The notes under the pieces were generated by a model, which was not told the DNA's origin, ran no database searches, and worked only from the letters and a program-made list of their open reading frames with translations. 36,555 nt of DNA from a virus. Its lineage: Duplodnaviria; Caudoviricetes. Numbering within the stretch: the stretch's first letter is position 1; every line of letters begins with the position of its first letter. The translations under genes were made by a program, and so were the position numbers. This document shows positions 1 through 8,189 of this stretch, piece after piece. Where the stretch lies: the IMG/VR virus record IMGVR_UViG_3300027782_000182, positions 1 through 36,555 of that record; one strand, given 5' to 3'.

Positions 1-20
1 CCTTGCGGCAATGGTATTTC

Positions 21-455
21 TTAGATTTTGGGTTTCTTGAGGATATGTGAGCCGTGAACTCGAACCTGTATGTGACCGTTGTACCAGTCAGTTGATTCTA
101 GAACTTTGTGTTTAAATTGTTCTCTTGCCTCGATGTAGCTGCATTCTGATTTGTTTTTGCAGTAAAATAGAATTTCTCTGGTGAAGTTTTCTTTGCCTAG
201 TGCCTGTATATCTGCTGTTAGCGCATCGCTAGAACCATAATAGTCCTTCCAGTCGCTTTCGATCTTGCCTCTAATCTTCTTTTTCTTCTTCTTGCCGTTT
301 TTAAGTGTGACAGTTTTGTATGTTGTTTTTGCGAATTTTGCTAGTTTTTTGCCTATATACTTGCGTCCAGAGATAACATTTGTTATAAGATATACGAATC
401 CGATATACTCTTGTGAGATTTCTTCAACGATTTTTTTCTTATACAACCATGTCAT
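21..455 (-). CDS. GIY-YIG family endonuclease (Seg-like, catalytic domain only)
   Basis: N-terminal GFVYLITN...RKYIGKK (GIY-YIG motif), followed by YYGS, F.REIL, a candidate catalytic E (YIEAREQ) and YNG. The ATG at 455 overlaps the upstream TGA (TGATG); the GTG at 458 used by the ORF track is an alternative start. Confidence 0.85.
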   Translation of the reverse strand: MTWLYKKKIVEEISQEYIGFVYLITNVISGRKYIGKKLAKFAKTTYKTVTLKNGKKKKKKIRGKIESDWKDYYGSSDALTADIQALGKENFTREILFYCKNKSECSYIEAREQFKHKVLESTDWYNGHIQVRVHGSHILKKPKI

Positions 456-685
456 CACTTATGTATCTTGGGGGGCCTTCCTACCATGCCTTTTCTGGCT
501 TGTTTGCGTTCATCTCGTTTTGTTTGTATTTCTACTCGCCTAATTGATGCCTCGTTGCGTATTTCACTCAGCCAATACCGTGCCTTTACTCCTGCCTCAT
601 CGCTGCCTCTGTACTCAAAACGATCCTGCCATTTGAAATATTCCTGAAAGGCACGGATCATTTTATCGTGAGACTCAGTGGTCAC
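455..685 (-). CDS. Small basic helical protein, possibly histone H1-like (Hc1-type) DNA-binding protein
   Basis: 76 aa, coupled on both sides (GTGA overlap with gp46, TGATG with the nuclease). GSDEAGVKARYWLSEIRNEASIRRVEIQ resembles the G-x-x-x-AG-x-x-AR-x-x-L pattern of Hc1-like proteins, and the tail is basic. The CDS is well supported; the function is tentative. Confidence 0.6.
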   Translation of the reverse strand: MTTESHDKMIRAFQEYFKWQDRFEYRGSDEAGVKARYWLSEIRNEASIRRVEIQTKRDERKQARKGMVGRPPKIHK

Positions 686-2460
686 GCAACAATCTCCACA
701 TCATTTGAATAACTAGTGAATCCGTTTTCTTTTATAACTCTCAACACATGATTCACTCTGCTGGTTAAGTCATCCCTGTGACTGATCAAGAATACATTCT
801 TGTTTCTTTCACGAGTCATCTTCTTAAGCACCGCAATACTTGATTCAACACCGCTGGCATCCATGCCGCTATCAACAAGTTCGTCAATAAACAACAAGTT
901 GATTGCCTGATATAAGTTTTCCCACACATCACGGAATGCCCAACTTAGACTCAGAATCAATCGATTGCGTTCACCACGACTTAGATTGTCAAAGTCTAGA
1001 TCTTGACCTAGCTGTGTAATGATCACACTTAGATCATTTTGAAACTCAACAGTATGCGGCAAGCCTATGCGATCTAGATAATAAGTCAGTCGTTGATTCA
1101 AATAGGCCAAGTTCTGATCAATAATCCGCTTGCGGATAAAGCTATCTTTATTTGTTAACAGCTTATGCAAGAACTCTTGATGATCCTTGACACGAACCAT
1201 CTCGTTAAGACTGTTATAATCAATTACCTGTACCGCAGTATGCTTTAACTCTTCAATCTGTTCAGTGTACGGATTTGTTTCAGCTGCTTTGATTTCTAGA
1301 TCACGCTCAAAGCTGCTGAGAGTGTTTTTATGGTTCAATGCCTGCTCGAGATTGTCATAGACTACAACAGGACATTCACCTAGTTCACCTAATTCCTTAA
1401 GAGCGTCAGTATGTTCTATCCATTGTGTATTAGTTGCTAATGCCTGTAGTGCTGCTTCTTGCAAATCTTTGCGTTTCATTTCTAATAGTACTACTTGTTT
1501 GTCATCGTGAAAGCCTTGACCGCAACTATGACAAGTGTGATTTTCTAAACTGGCAATATCTGCTTTCAGCTTTTCTATATCTTTGTTTTCTCTAGCTTCA
1601 TCTAATTCACAGCGTTTGATCCAGCTAGAAATTTCGTTAATACTTTTACGCTTGGCATTATATGCATCTAGTGATCTATGTGCTAGAATTTCTTGATCAA
1701 TATCAATATCCAGCAATTTCTCAATGGCCCTTGCTAGATTAGTAACACTGACTTCGTTCTGCTCAGTCCACATCTTGGCTTTACGCTCAAGCGAGTCAAT
1801 GCTCTGTTGAATTCTATCGTTGCTGGAACGAATAGTTTCAATTTTAGTGTTCTCAGTAACAATAGAGTCTTTGCTATTTTTAATTTGTTCTTTTAATGCT
1901 TCGGCTTTTTCACTTAACTGGGTAATGCCCAACAACTGTTCAATGATTGCTCGTTGATCAGCAGCCTTCATACTCAAGAACGGTTCAGTGTAAGTGTTCA
2001 GAGCCACAAGATGTTTAAACATGTCGTGAGTCATGCCAAATACATCTTCAATTTCTTTTTGTGTTTCTCTGCTATCGCCTTGACTTTCGTCTTGATTTTT
2101 GTCTTCGTGTGCGTGACCGTTTACAGTAAACTTCAAGACATTAGGTTTGCGACCTCTCTCAATGTGATAGTTGACACCGTCCTTTTCAAAAGTTACAGTA
2201 GTCAACATACCTTTACTGTTAATCTTGTTAACAAGATTGTCTTTCTTGATATTAGTTAAAGCATTGCCGTAGATAGCATAGCTAAGACCATTAATGATTG
2301 TGGTCTTGCCTGTGCCGTTACGAGCTCCGCTGTCGTCCCCACCTAGATCTAGGTTCTCACCTAGTACAAGCGTTAATTGTCCTTTGTCAAAGTCAATGGC
2401 CTGCGTCTGTGCGCCCACACTCATGAAATTGCGTACAGTTAGATTTTTAATTTTAATCAT
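682..2460 (-). CDS. gp46: Rad50/SbcC-like recombination ATPase (T4 gp46 homolog)
   Basis: N-terminal VRNFMSVG, Walker A NGTGKTT, coiled coil with central zinc hook CHSC, signature LSRGE, Walker B LLFIDE, D-loop SGMD and H-loop ISHR. Adjacent to an Mre11-like gene. Confidence 0.95.
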   Translation of the reverse strand: MIKIKNLTVRNFMSVGAQTQAIDFDKGQLTLVLGENLDLGGDDSGARNGTGKTTIINGLSYAIYGNALTNIKKDNLVNKINSKGMLTTVTFEKDGVNYHIERGRKPNVLKFTVNGHAHEDKNQDESQGDSRETQKEIEDVFGMTHDMFKHLVALNTYTEPFLSMKAADQRAIIEQLLGITQLSEKAEALKEQIKNSKDSIVTENTKIETIRSSNDRIQQSIDSLERKAKMWTEQNEVSVTNLARAIEKLLDIDIDQEILAHRSLDAYNAKRKSINEISSWIKRCELDEARENKDIEKLKADIASLENHTCHSCGQGFHDDKQVVLLEMKRKDLQEAALQALATNTQWIEHTDALKELGELGECPVVVYDNLEQALNHKNTLSSFERDLEIKAAETNPYTEQIEELKHTAVQVIDYNSLNEMVRVKDHQEFLHKLLTNKDSFIRKRIIDQNLAYLNQRLTYYLDRIGLPHTVEFQNDLSVIITQLGQDLDFDNLSRGERNRLILSLSWAFRDVWENLYQAINLLFIDELVDSGMDASGVESSIAVLKKMTRERNKNVFLISHRDDLTSRVNHVLRVIKENGFTSYSNDVEIVA

Positions 2461-3467
2461 AGTTCTCTATAGATTTCCAATAACAGGCCTTTGTCAAAAG
2501 TATCGCTGTCAATGGCATTGATTTGATTCATAACAATTGTGTCAACTGATTCAAAGTTGATATCGATAGGAGCATTGCCAGATTCAACATCTACTTTTTC
2601 CGGAATAAGCATGAGTTCACGCAACTTATACTGAGGCATAAATGTTTCTTTAATGAAGTTGGCTTCTTCAAAGCTGATAGGCAAGTCAATAGTTACACGG
2701 CAATGCATACGCTCCCGTAACAGTTCATCAGGACGATCGATAATTTGACTTAGCTTGTAGGTTCTAAAAGTAGGTTGTCTAGGCCAAGTATGATATTCCG
2801 GCTTACCACCCCACTCTAACAACATCATACCTCGGTCATCATCACCTGCATCTGCATAGTTGTGCGGGAAGCAATTACCAATATAGGTAATACTGCCTTT
2901 ACTTTGCCGCTTGTGGAAGTGTCCACTGAACACATATTCTTGATTGATAAAGTGGTCAGCTTGCAATTGTCCGTGGTCTGGCATTTGAACCATGGCATTC
3001 ATCATAAACAATGGCAGTTCTAAATGCCCAAAGATATAACGACTTTGTATTTTAGATACAGTACGCCATTCGTCTGCTACCAGCCACGGCATAATAGTTA
3101 CATCACCCTGGGTCAGCGTTTCATTTACTAATTCAATATTAGGAAACAGTCTAGCAAATTCAAGACTGTGAATTTCACGCTTGTCTTTGTAAAACTCATC
3201 GTGATTGCCTAGAATAACATAGACCTTTTCAAACGATTTACTCAATCGTTCTAGATTAGACACAGTATAATTCATAGTACTAACATCAGTAGTATTACGA
3301 TTATGGTGCCAGTCTCCTAGAAAAATGCAGGTCTCTGCTCCTTGGGCTTGGGCAGTATCACAGAACCAATTTACGAAATCTTCGCAGTCTTGATTATGTG
3401 TACGGCTTCCTGATTTTAGACCGAAATGTATATCTGTGAAACAAGCTACTTTTTTAAATAATGACAT
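2457..3467 (-). CDS. gp47: Mre11/SbcD-like recombination nuclease (T4 gp47 homolog)
   Basis: Metallophosphoesterase motifs TDIHFG, LGDWHH, GNHD, FGHLE and SGHFH. SD AAGGAG upstream; ATGA overlap with gp46. Confidence 0.95.
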   Translation of the reverse strand: MSLFKKVACFTDIHFGLKSGSRTHNQDCEDFVNWFCDTAQAQGAETCIFLGDWHHNRNTTDVSTMNYTVSNLERLSKSFEKVYVILGNHDEFYKDKREIHSLEFARLFPNIELVNETLTQGDVTIMPWLVADEWRTVSKIQSRYIFGHLELPLFMMNAMVQMPDHGQLQADHFINQEYVFSGHFHKRQSKGSITYIGNCFPHNYADAGDDDRGMMLLEWGGKPEYHTWPRQPTFRTYKLSQIIDRPDELLRERMHCRVTIDLPISFEEANFIKETFMPQYKLRELMLIPEKVDVESGNAPIDINFESVDTIVMNQINAIDSDTFDKGLLLEIYREL

Positions 3468-3482
3468 AGAATCTCCTTAGTT

Positions 3483-3512
3483 AGTATAACAGCTTACAAC
3501 TACCTAGGTCAA
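3483..3512 (-). promoter_or_regulatory. Sigma70-type promoter for the gp47-gp46 operon
   Basis: Minus strand reads TTGACC (3512-3507), an 18-bp spacer ending in TGt (extended -10), then TATACT (3488-3483), followed by AAGGAG and the ATG at 3467. Confidence 0.65.
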
Positions 3513-4390
3513 TCCCAATCACCACCACCTTCGCCAGAACTCGCTCCGGTACCGGCACCAAAGTTACTGACTCCGCTATTTTGTCTAGTCCAGCTAGGAT
3601 TCATACCATTCATTTCAAGAATGTCATCTCGAATGTTTTGATTGCGTTTTTCAATGTTGATAATTCTAACAAATGAATTAGTAACGGCAGCAGTATAATA
3701 AGCAAAAGGATTATCACTTTTGCTTTCGTCAAACTGTAGGCCGATCTGTGTCAGCTGTAAAATTGCCTGCCCACGCATCTCGTCATTGTAAGTATATCCG
3801 CGAACATTACCACGGGTGGCATATCTTTCACAGAGTTTTAAAAACATACGAGCTAGATTGTTGGTCATCTTGCCGTGCTCTTTGTTAAACTCTCCAGTGT
3901 CTAACGGACCTTTCCAGTGACTTTTTCCTACCAGTATTAGATTGTTGTTGTCGTCAAATTTCCAATGCTGAAACGGTGGAAAGTTTACTTTATCGTGACT
4001 GTCTGCGGTATTCTTCAAAGTCTTTTTACGACCCGGTGCTAAAGGAATATGTTCAAAAGTCATGATGCGAAATACAACATCAACTTTCTTAATTGTTTTA
4101 TAATCTACTTCAAACTCTTTGGCAGGTAATTTCTTCCCACCAGTTAGCACTGCCGACTCGTGAGCTCGTTTGCTTAATCTAATAGCTTGATTTCTTTTTG
4201 CTTCAGCAATTGTTCTAACATTTATTTTACTGATGTTTGGCAAAATTAAATCATACTCGCTGTAGTCGAGACTTGTAAAACTACAGTAGGTATTTTTGCT
4301 TAGATGTATTTCTCGTAGTAGATCTTTGTTGGTTAAGTACTTGATTTTAGGTGGTTGCGAACTGATTGTCATAGTTATAGGGTTCTCCAT
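3509..4390 (-). CDS. gp55: Late-transcription sigma factor (T4 gp55-like) with a large internal insertion
   Basis: N-terminal YLTNKDLLREI and core LARMFLKLCERYATRGNVRGYTYNDEM...FDESKSDNPFAYYT...SFVRIINIEK match the gp55 pattern. Located next to gp47/gp46 as in T4. Start is at 4390 or 4372. Confidence 0.88.
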   Translation of the reverse strand: MENPITMTISSQPPKIKYLTNKDLLREIHLSKNTYCSFTSLDYSEYDLILPNISKINVRTIAEAKRNQAIRLSKRAHESAVLTGGKKLPAKEFEVDYKTIKKVDVVFRIMTFEHIPLAPGRKKTLKNTADSHDKVNFPPFQHWKFDDNNNLILVGKSHWKGPLDTGEFNKEHGKMTNNLARMFLKLCERYATRGNVRGYTYNDEMRGQAILQLTQIGLQFDESKSDNPFAYYTAAVTNSFVRIINIEKRNQNIRDDILEMNGMNPSWTRQNSGVSNFGAGTGASSGEGGGDWD

Positions 4391-4397
4391 TACTTAT

Positions 4398-4406
4398 ATA
4401 ATAGCA
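4398..4406 (-). promoter_or_regulatory. Putative extended -10 promoter for gp55
   Basis: Minus strand TGcTATTAT, 7 nt upstream of the ATG at 4390. A TTGACA at 4417-4412 lies only 8 bp from this -10, which is non-canonical spacing. Confidence 0.45.
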
Positions 4407-4418
4407 TACTTTGTCAAG

Positions 4419-4426
4419 AATAAATA
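4419..4426 (+). promoter_or_regulatory. T4-type late promoter box (AATAAATA)
   Basis: 7/8 match to T4 TATAAATA, directly upstream of SD GGAG and the first structural gene. Confidence 0.65.
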
Positions 4427-4444
4427 GACTAAACGGAGATATTT

Positions 4445-5491
4445 ATGGGTCTAAATATAAATCCTTTCACCAAAGTGTTAGGAAATGCCAGCAGCTTATT
4501 CAGCTCTGCATCAAACTCAACGGGCGGCAGTCTGTCTGGTATCAGCTTTGGAGCAGAAAAAGCCAAGCTAGCTGGCCTAGTCAATGATCTAGGCGGTGGC
4601 ATAGGTAGTTCTCTAAACGGAGCAACTGCTGGATTAGAAAAGTTAGGAACAGCATTTAACGGTATAGGGAATCCTATTCAAACAGCACTTGGATCATTAA
4701 GCGGATTATCAAATACAGCATCCGACATTGGCCAAAGTATTAATAAATTAGGACTAGGTGGCGCACTAGGGAGTCTTGGCAGTATTGCAGGAGCAGTGAG
4801 CTCTGCAGCCGGGCAACTTAATAATGTACTTAGTATTTTTAGAGGAAAAAATATTCCAGCAGCAGGAGAGTTATTTAAATCGGATAGTGCAGCAGTACAA
4901 TTGACTAGTTCCCCAGCCGACGACTGGCGAGTTAGAATCAATTGTAACTTTGGACTGTTTGGGGACGCATTTGGTCGTCTAGAGTCTACCAACGGCGTAG
5001 TATGGCCTTATACTCCCAAGGTCAGTGTTACCAGCAAAGCAAACTACACTATGGTTGATCCGGTGCATAATAACTATCCTTTCAACGGGTATAAAAATAG
5101 TCAGATAGAAGACATTACTATATCTGGCGAGTTTAGTTGCGAAACTGAAATGGATGGTAACTATTGGATACAGGCCACCCACTTCTTTAAAACGGCAACC
5201 AAAATGTTTTTTGGCGGAAGTAATTATGCAGGTAATCCTCCGGTCGTTTGCCAACTCAGCGGTTACGGTCCTGGAGTGTTTAACAGCATCCCAGTTATAA
5301 TAAAAAGTTTTACCATTGACCTACCGGATGACGTAAACTACATTAAGTGTAGCAGTCAGTTTCCTAGTGATACCTGGGTTCCAGTTCTCAGCACAATTTC
5401 TGTAACGGTTACGCCAATTTATAACAGACAACTATTGCGCAAATTTAGTTTACAAGATTATGCAAGCGGCAATGCTGTAGGATACATCTAA
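4445..5491 (+). CDS. Baseplate/tail-tube initiator-like structural protein (gp48/gp54-like) with a Gly/Ser-rich N-terminus
   Basis: C-terminal domain (WPYTPKV...YKNS...ITISGEF...GNPPVVCQLSGYG...PVIIKSFTIDLPDDV) resembles tube-fold initiator proteins of contractile systems. Immediately precedes gp53; SD GGAG. Confidence 0.6.
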   Translation: MGLNINPFTKVLGNASSLFSSASNSTGGSLSGISFGAEKAKLAGLVNDLGGGIGSSLNGATAGLEKLGTAFNGIGNPIQTALGSLSGLSNTASDIGQSINKLGLGGALGSLGSIAGAVSSAAGQLNNVLSIFRGKNIPAAGELFKSDSAAVQLTSSPADDWRVRINCNFGLFGDAFGRLESTNGVVWPYTPKVSVTSKANYTMVDPVHNNYPFNGYKNSQIEDITISGEFSCETEMDGNYWIQATHFFKTATKMFFGGSNYAGNPPVVCQLSGYGPGVFNSIPVIIKSFTIDLPDDVNYIKCSSQFPSDTWVPVLSTISVTVTPIYNRQLLRKFSLQDYASGNAVGYI

Positions 5492-5492
5492 T

Positions 5493-5810
5493 ATGGCAAC
5501 TTTTAAAAAATCAGTCACGTACAAGAATTCAAGTCCGTGGGCAAACACTAAACAGAATAATCTCTATTTGGAGTTGATGTCTATTAGACCAATTCCTGCA
5601 GAAAATGACGATTTTAAATATGCCATCGAAAATCAGTACAAACATCGTCCTGACCTATTATCATATGATTTATACGGAACTCCAAAGTTATGGTGGGTGT
5701 TTATTCAGAGAAATATGGATACTCTAAAAGATCCTATCTACGATTTTGAACCAGGAACAATAATCTACTTGCCGAAGAAAAGCAATCTTCAACAGTATCT
5801 AGGAGTATAA
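5493..5810 (+). CDS. gp53: Baseplate wedge subunit gp53-like (LysM-like)
   Basis: RPDLLSYDLYGTPKLWWVF...N...DPIYDFEPG..IYLP is the gp53/tail-X pattern. Confidence 0.85.
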   Translation: MATFKKSVTYKNSSPWANTKQNNLYLELMSIRPIPAENDDFKYAIENQYKHRPDLLSYDLYGTPKLWWVFIQRNMDTLKDPIYDFEPGTIIYLPKKSNLQQYLGV

Positions 5811-5811
5811 C

Positions 5812-8175
5812 ATGGCATTTGGATTCAAGCCCGATGGCAGTTTTTTAAGTCAATTGCCCGGGGCAACTAATATTGCTCAAGGTATTGCTACACAGATTAC
5901 CAATCTTACTACTTCGGCGCAGGCAATAACTAATCTGTCAGCAGGCTCTTTAGGAGATTCGCTAGGAGGTTTTTCTAATCTTGTAAAAACATTCAGTCTA
6001 GAAAAACCAGTTGGTGGTCCACCGTATGTTAATCTACTAGAGCAATTTGCATCTTACGCTCCGTTGTGGACAATGGCAGCACTGAGTCCTAATCAATTTA
6101 ACAACCCAGGACTGTATAGAGGCAGACCGGCAGCACTAACAAATATTGTATTTTCTTCAGCAGGAAGATTTGACGGTCAACGAGTACAAACAAAATACGG
6201 TGCTCCTGAATATTATATAAACAATTTTGAGTTCTTAACAACAGCCGGCGCAAGCCCAGCAGTTGGAAATTCAAACGTTCAAACAATCAGTTTTGATCTT
6301 TTTGAACCTTATAGCATGGGATTGTTTTTACAGAGCGCACAAATTGCAGCAATCAATGCAGGATATCCTACATACAACGATTGTCCTTTTGTTCTAAAAT
6401 TAGAATTTAAAGGCTATACTCAGGATGGCGCTATTTTAAGTTCAAATGAATTATTAACAAAATATTTTGTTGTGCAGTTAAACACTGTAGATTTTAATGT
6501 GACTGAATCAGGCAGCGCATATAAAATAAAATGCCACCCTTACAACCATGCAGGATATAGCAACGTAGTAAATATTCTTCCCAACGAAGTAGCAATAAAA
6601 ATTGACGGCAATCCCGGAGAAGGATCAGACACACTTGCCTATTTGTTAAGTAAAGGTACAAACAGTCTGTGTGCGGCTCTTAACAAGATACAACAAAATC
6701 TAGTAGATACCAAGCAACAAGATCTAGCCGACGTTTATAATATTGTATTTCCAATAGATTGGACAGACACTGTCGGATTGGCAATTACTGAAGCTTCTGA
6801 TGATGGTGGCGCATTGACCTTTATAAGCGCCGGGGTCAGCGCCCTTAACCTAGCGCCCGCCACTAGTTCTACAGAGTCGGGGGATGGAGCTATTGGTCAA
6901 GCATCATTGGGTTTTGAATCTACATCAGGCGGCAATTATAATTTTGGCCTAGCAGCCGATGTTGTTGATTCTACTACGGGAACCATTAAAAGAGATTCTC
7001 TCACTATAGATCCTAAACAACGTACATTTTCGTTTGAAGCACAAACTCCGATAACACAGATTATTTCACAAATGGTATTGAGTTCAGAATATGCTAAACG
7101 TGCAATTGATTCTGAGAATTTAGATGCCGCCGGAATGATCAATTGGTTTAGACTTGATGTTCAAATTCAAATAGGAGAGTTTGATGCCAGGCGAGGACAG
7201 CGCCAAAGAACTTACATTTATAGAGTTATGCCCTATCTAGTTCATAACAGTGTATTTTCTAATGCTACTGCGGCTCCTCCGGGGTATGCTGAACTTAAAA
7301 AAGTATTGGCCAAAGAATACAATTACATATTCACTGGACAAAACAATGACATTATCAAATTTGACATAAACATCAATTCGTTGTTCCACAACATGAAAAC
7401 CATCACCCCTCCAGGTCAAAGCGATAATGTGGTCAATCAAGACACAAATACTCCGTCGGAAGAAAATCCAGAAGATGTAGATGCAGAAAGTTCAGGCAAT
7501 GCCAATGCACTTGCTGCCAATGGTGCAAGGCCTGTCAAGGCTAACCCAGCAGCAAGTAAAGATGCTGCCAAAGGTGGCTATGGCTCAAAAGATGTTGCAC
7601 AAATTGTTGCCACAAACATGTACAATGCCATTAAAGACAAAGGCAGCACAGCCGGCGACCTAATGAAAATAAATCTTGAAATACTAGGCGATCCTTATTA
7701 CATGGTAGATCAAGGCATGGCAAACTATCTAGGGCAAGCAAGTTCATATGATCCGAGGTCGCAGATAACTTCTGATCAAACAATGAATTATCAAGGCACT
7801 GATTCGTTTTTCAATATTGTATTTCGCACACCAGTTGAGCCTAATTTAGGCATTACTGGTTCTAATGGCAGTCTTTATAATTTCCCAGACGGCGGCAGAG
7901 AAAGTCCATTCAGTGGAATTTACAAAGTTGTAAAAATAACAAATAAATTCAGTGATGGAGTATTCAAACAAAATATAGAAGCAAACAGAATGCCATTGCA
8001 ACCAAACGATTTTCCAGACGGATATACTCCAAGTAGAAATCCGTTTATATTTTCACAGCCTAAACAGGCTCCTGTTAGAGACAGCGTTTCCGAGTCTGCG
8101 TCAAATACAGGAATAGAATTAAGAACACAAGAAGAAATAGACTACAGTAACGGTCTTGACGACTTCTATGGATAA
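5812..8175 (+). CDS. Putative baseplate hub protein (gp27/VgrG N-terminal-like)
   Basis: 787 aa between gp53 and the spike gene. C-terminal INLEILGDP...FSGIYKVVKITNKFSDGVFKQNI is typical of hub proteins; SD AGGAG at 5801-5805. Confidence 0.6.
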   Translation: MAFGFKPDGSFLSQLPGATNIAQGIATQITNLTTSAQAITNLSAGSLGDSLGGFSNLVKTFSLEKPVGGPPYVNLLEQFASYAPLWTMAALSPNQFNNPGLYRGRPAALTNIVFSSAGRFDGQRVQTKYGAPEYYINNFEFLTTAGASPAVGNSNVQTISFDLFEPYSMGLFLQSAQIAAINAGYPTYNDCPFVLKLEFKGYTQDGAILSSNELLTKYFVVQLNTVDFNVTESGSAYKIKCHPYNHAGYSNVVNILPNEVAIKIDGNPGEGSDTLAYLLSKGTNSLCAALNKIQQNLVDTKQQDLADVYNIVFPIDWTDTVGLAITEASDDGGALTFISAGVSALNLAPATSSTESGDGAIGQASLGFESTSGGNYNFGLAADVVDSTTGTIKRDSLTIDPKQRTFSFEAQTPITQIISQMVLSSEYAKRAIDSENLDAAGMINWFRLDVQIQIGEFDARRGQRQRTYIYRVMPYLVHNSVFSNATAAPPGYAELKKVLAKEYNYIFTGQNNDIIKFDININSLFHNMKTITPPGQSDNVVNQDTNTPSEENPEDVDAESSGNANALAANGARPVKANPAASKDAAKGGYGSKDVAQIVATNMYNAIKDKGSTAGDLMKINLEILGDPYYMVDQGMANYLGQASSYDPRSQITSDQTMNYQGTDSFFNIVFRTPVEPNLGITGSNGSLYNFPDGGRESPFSGIYKVVKITNKFSDGVFKQNIEANRMPLQPNDFPDGYTPSRNPFIFSQPKQAPVRDSVSESASNTGIELRTQEEIDYSNGLDDFYG

Positions 8176-8189
8176 AAAGAGAGTAATTA

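Noticed and set aside
268-303. KKKKKK run as a nuclear localisation signal implying a eukaryotic virus
   Set aside because: The context is a bacteriophage (gp55, SD sites, baseplate genes); a basic DNA-contacting loop explains it.
265-543. Plus-strand 92-aa hydrophobic ORF (poly-Phe) that looks like a membrane protein
   Set aside because: It is the antisense shadow of the Lys-rich GIY-YIG gene: AAG/AAA codons read as Phe/Leu on the other strand.
4412-4417. Perfect TTGACA as the -35 box of a canonical gp55 promoter
   Set aside because: No good -10 hexamer at 16-18 bp; the best -10 is only 8 bp away. Kept only as part of the switch hypothesis.
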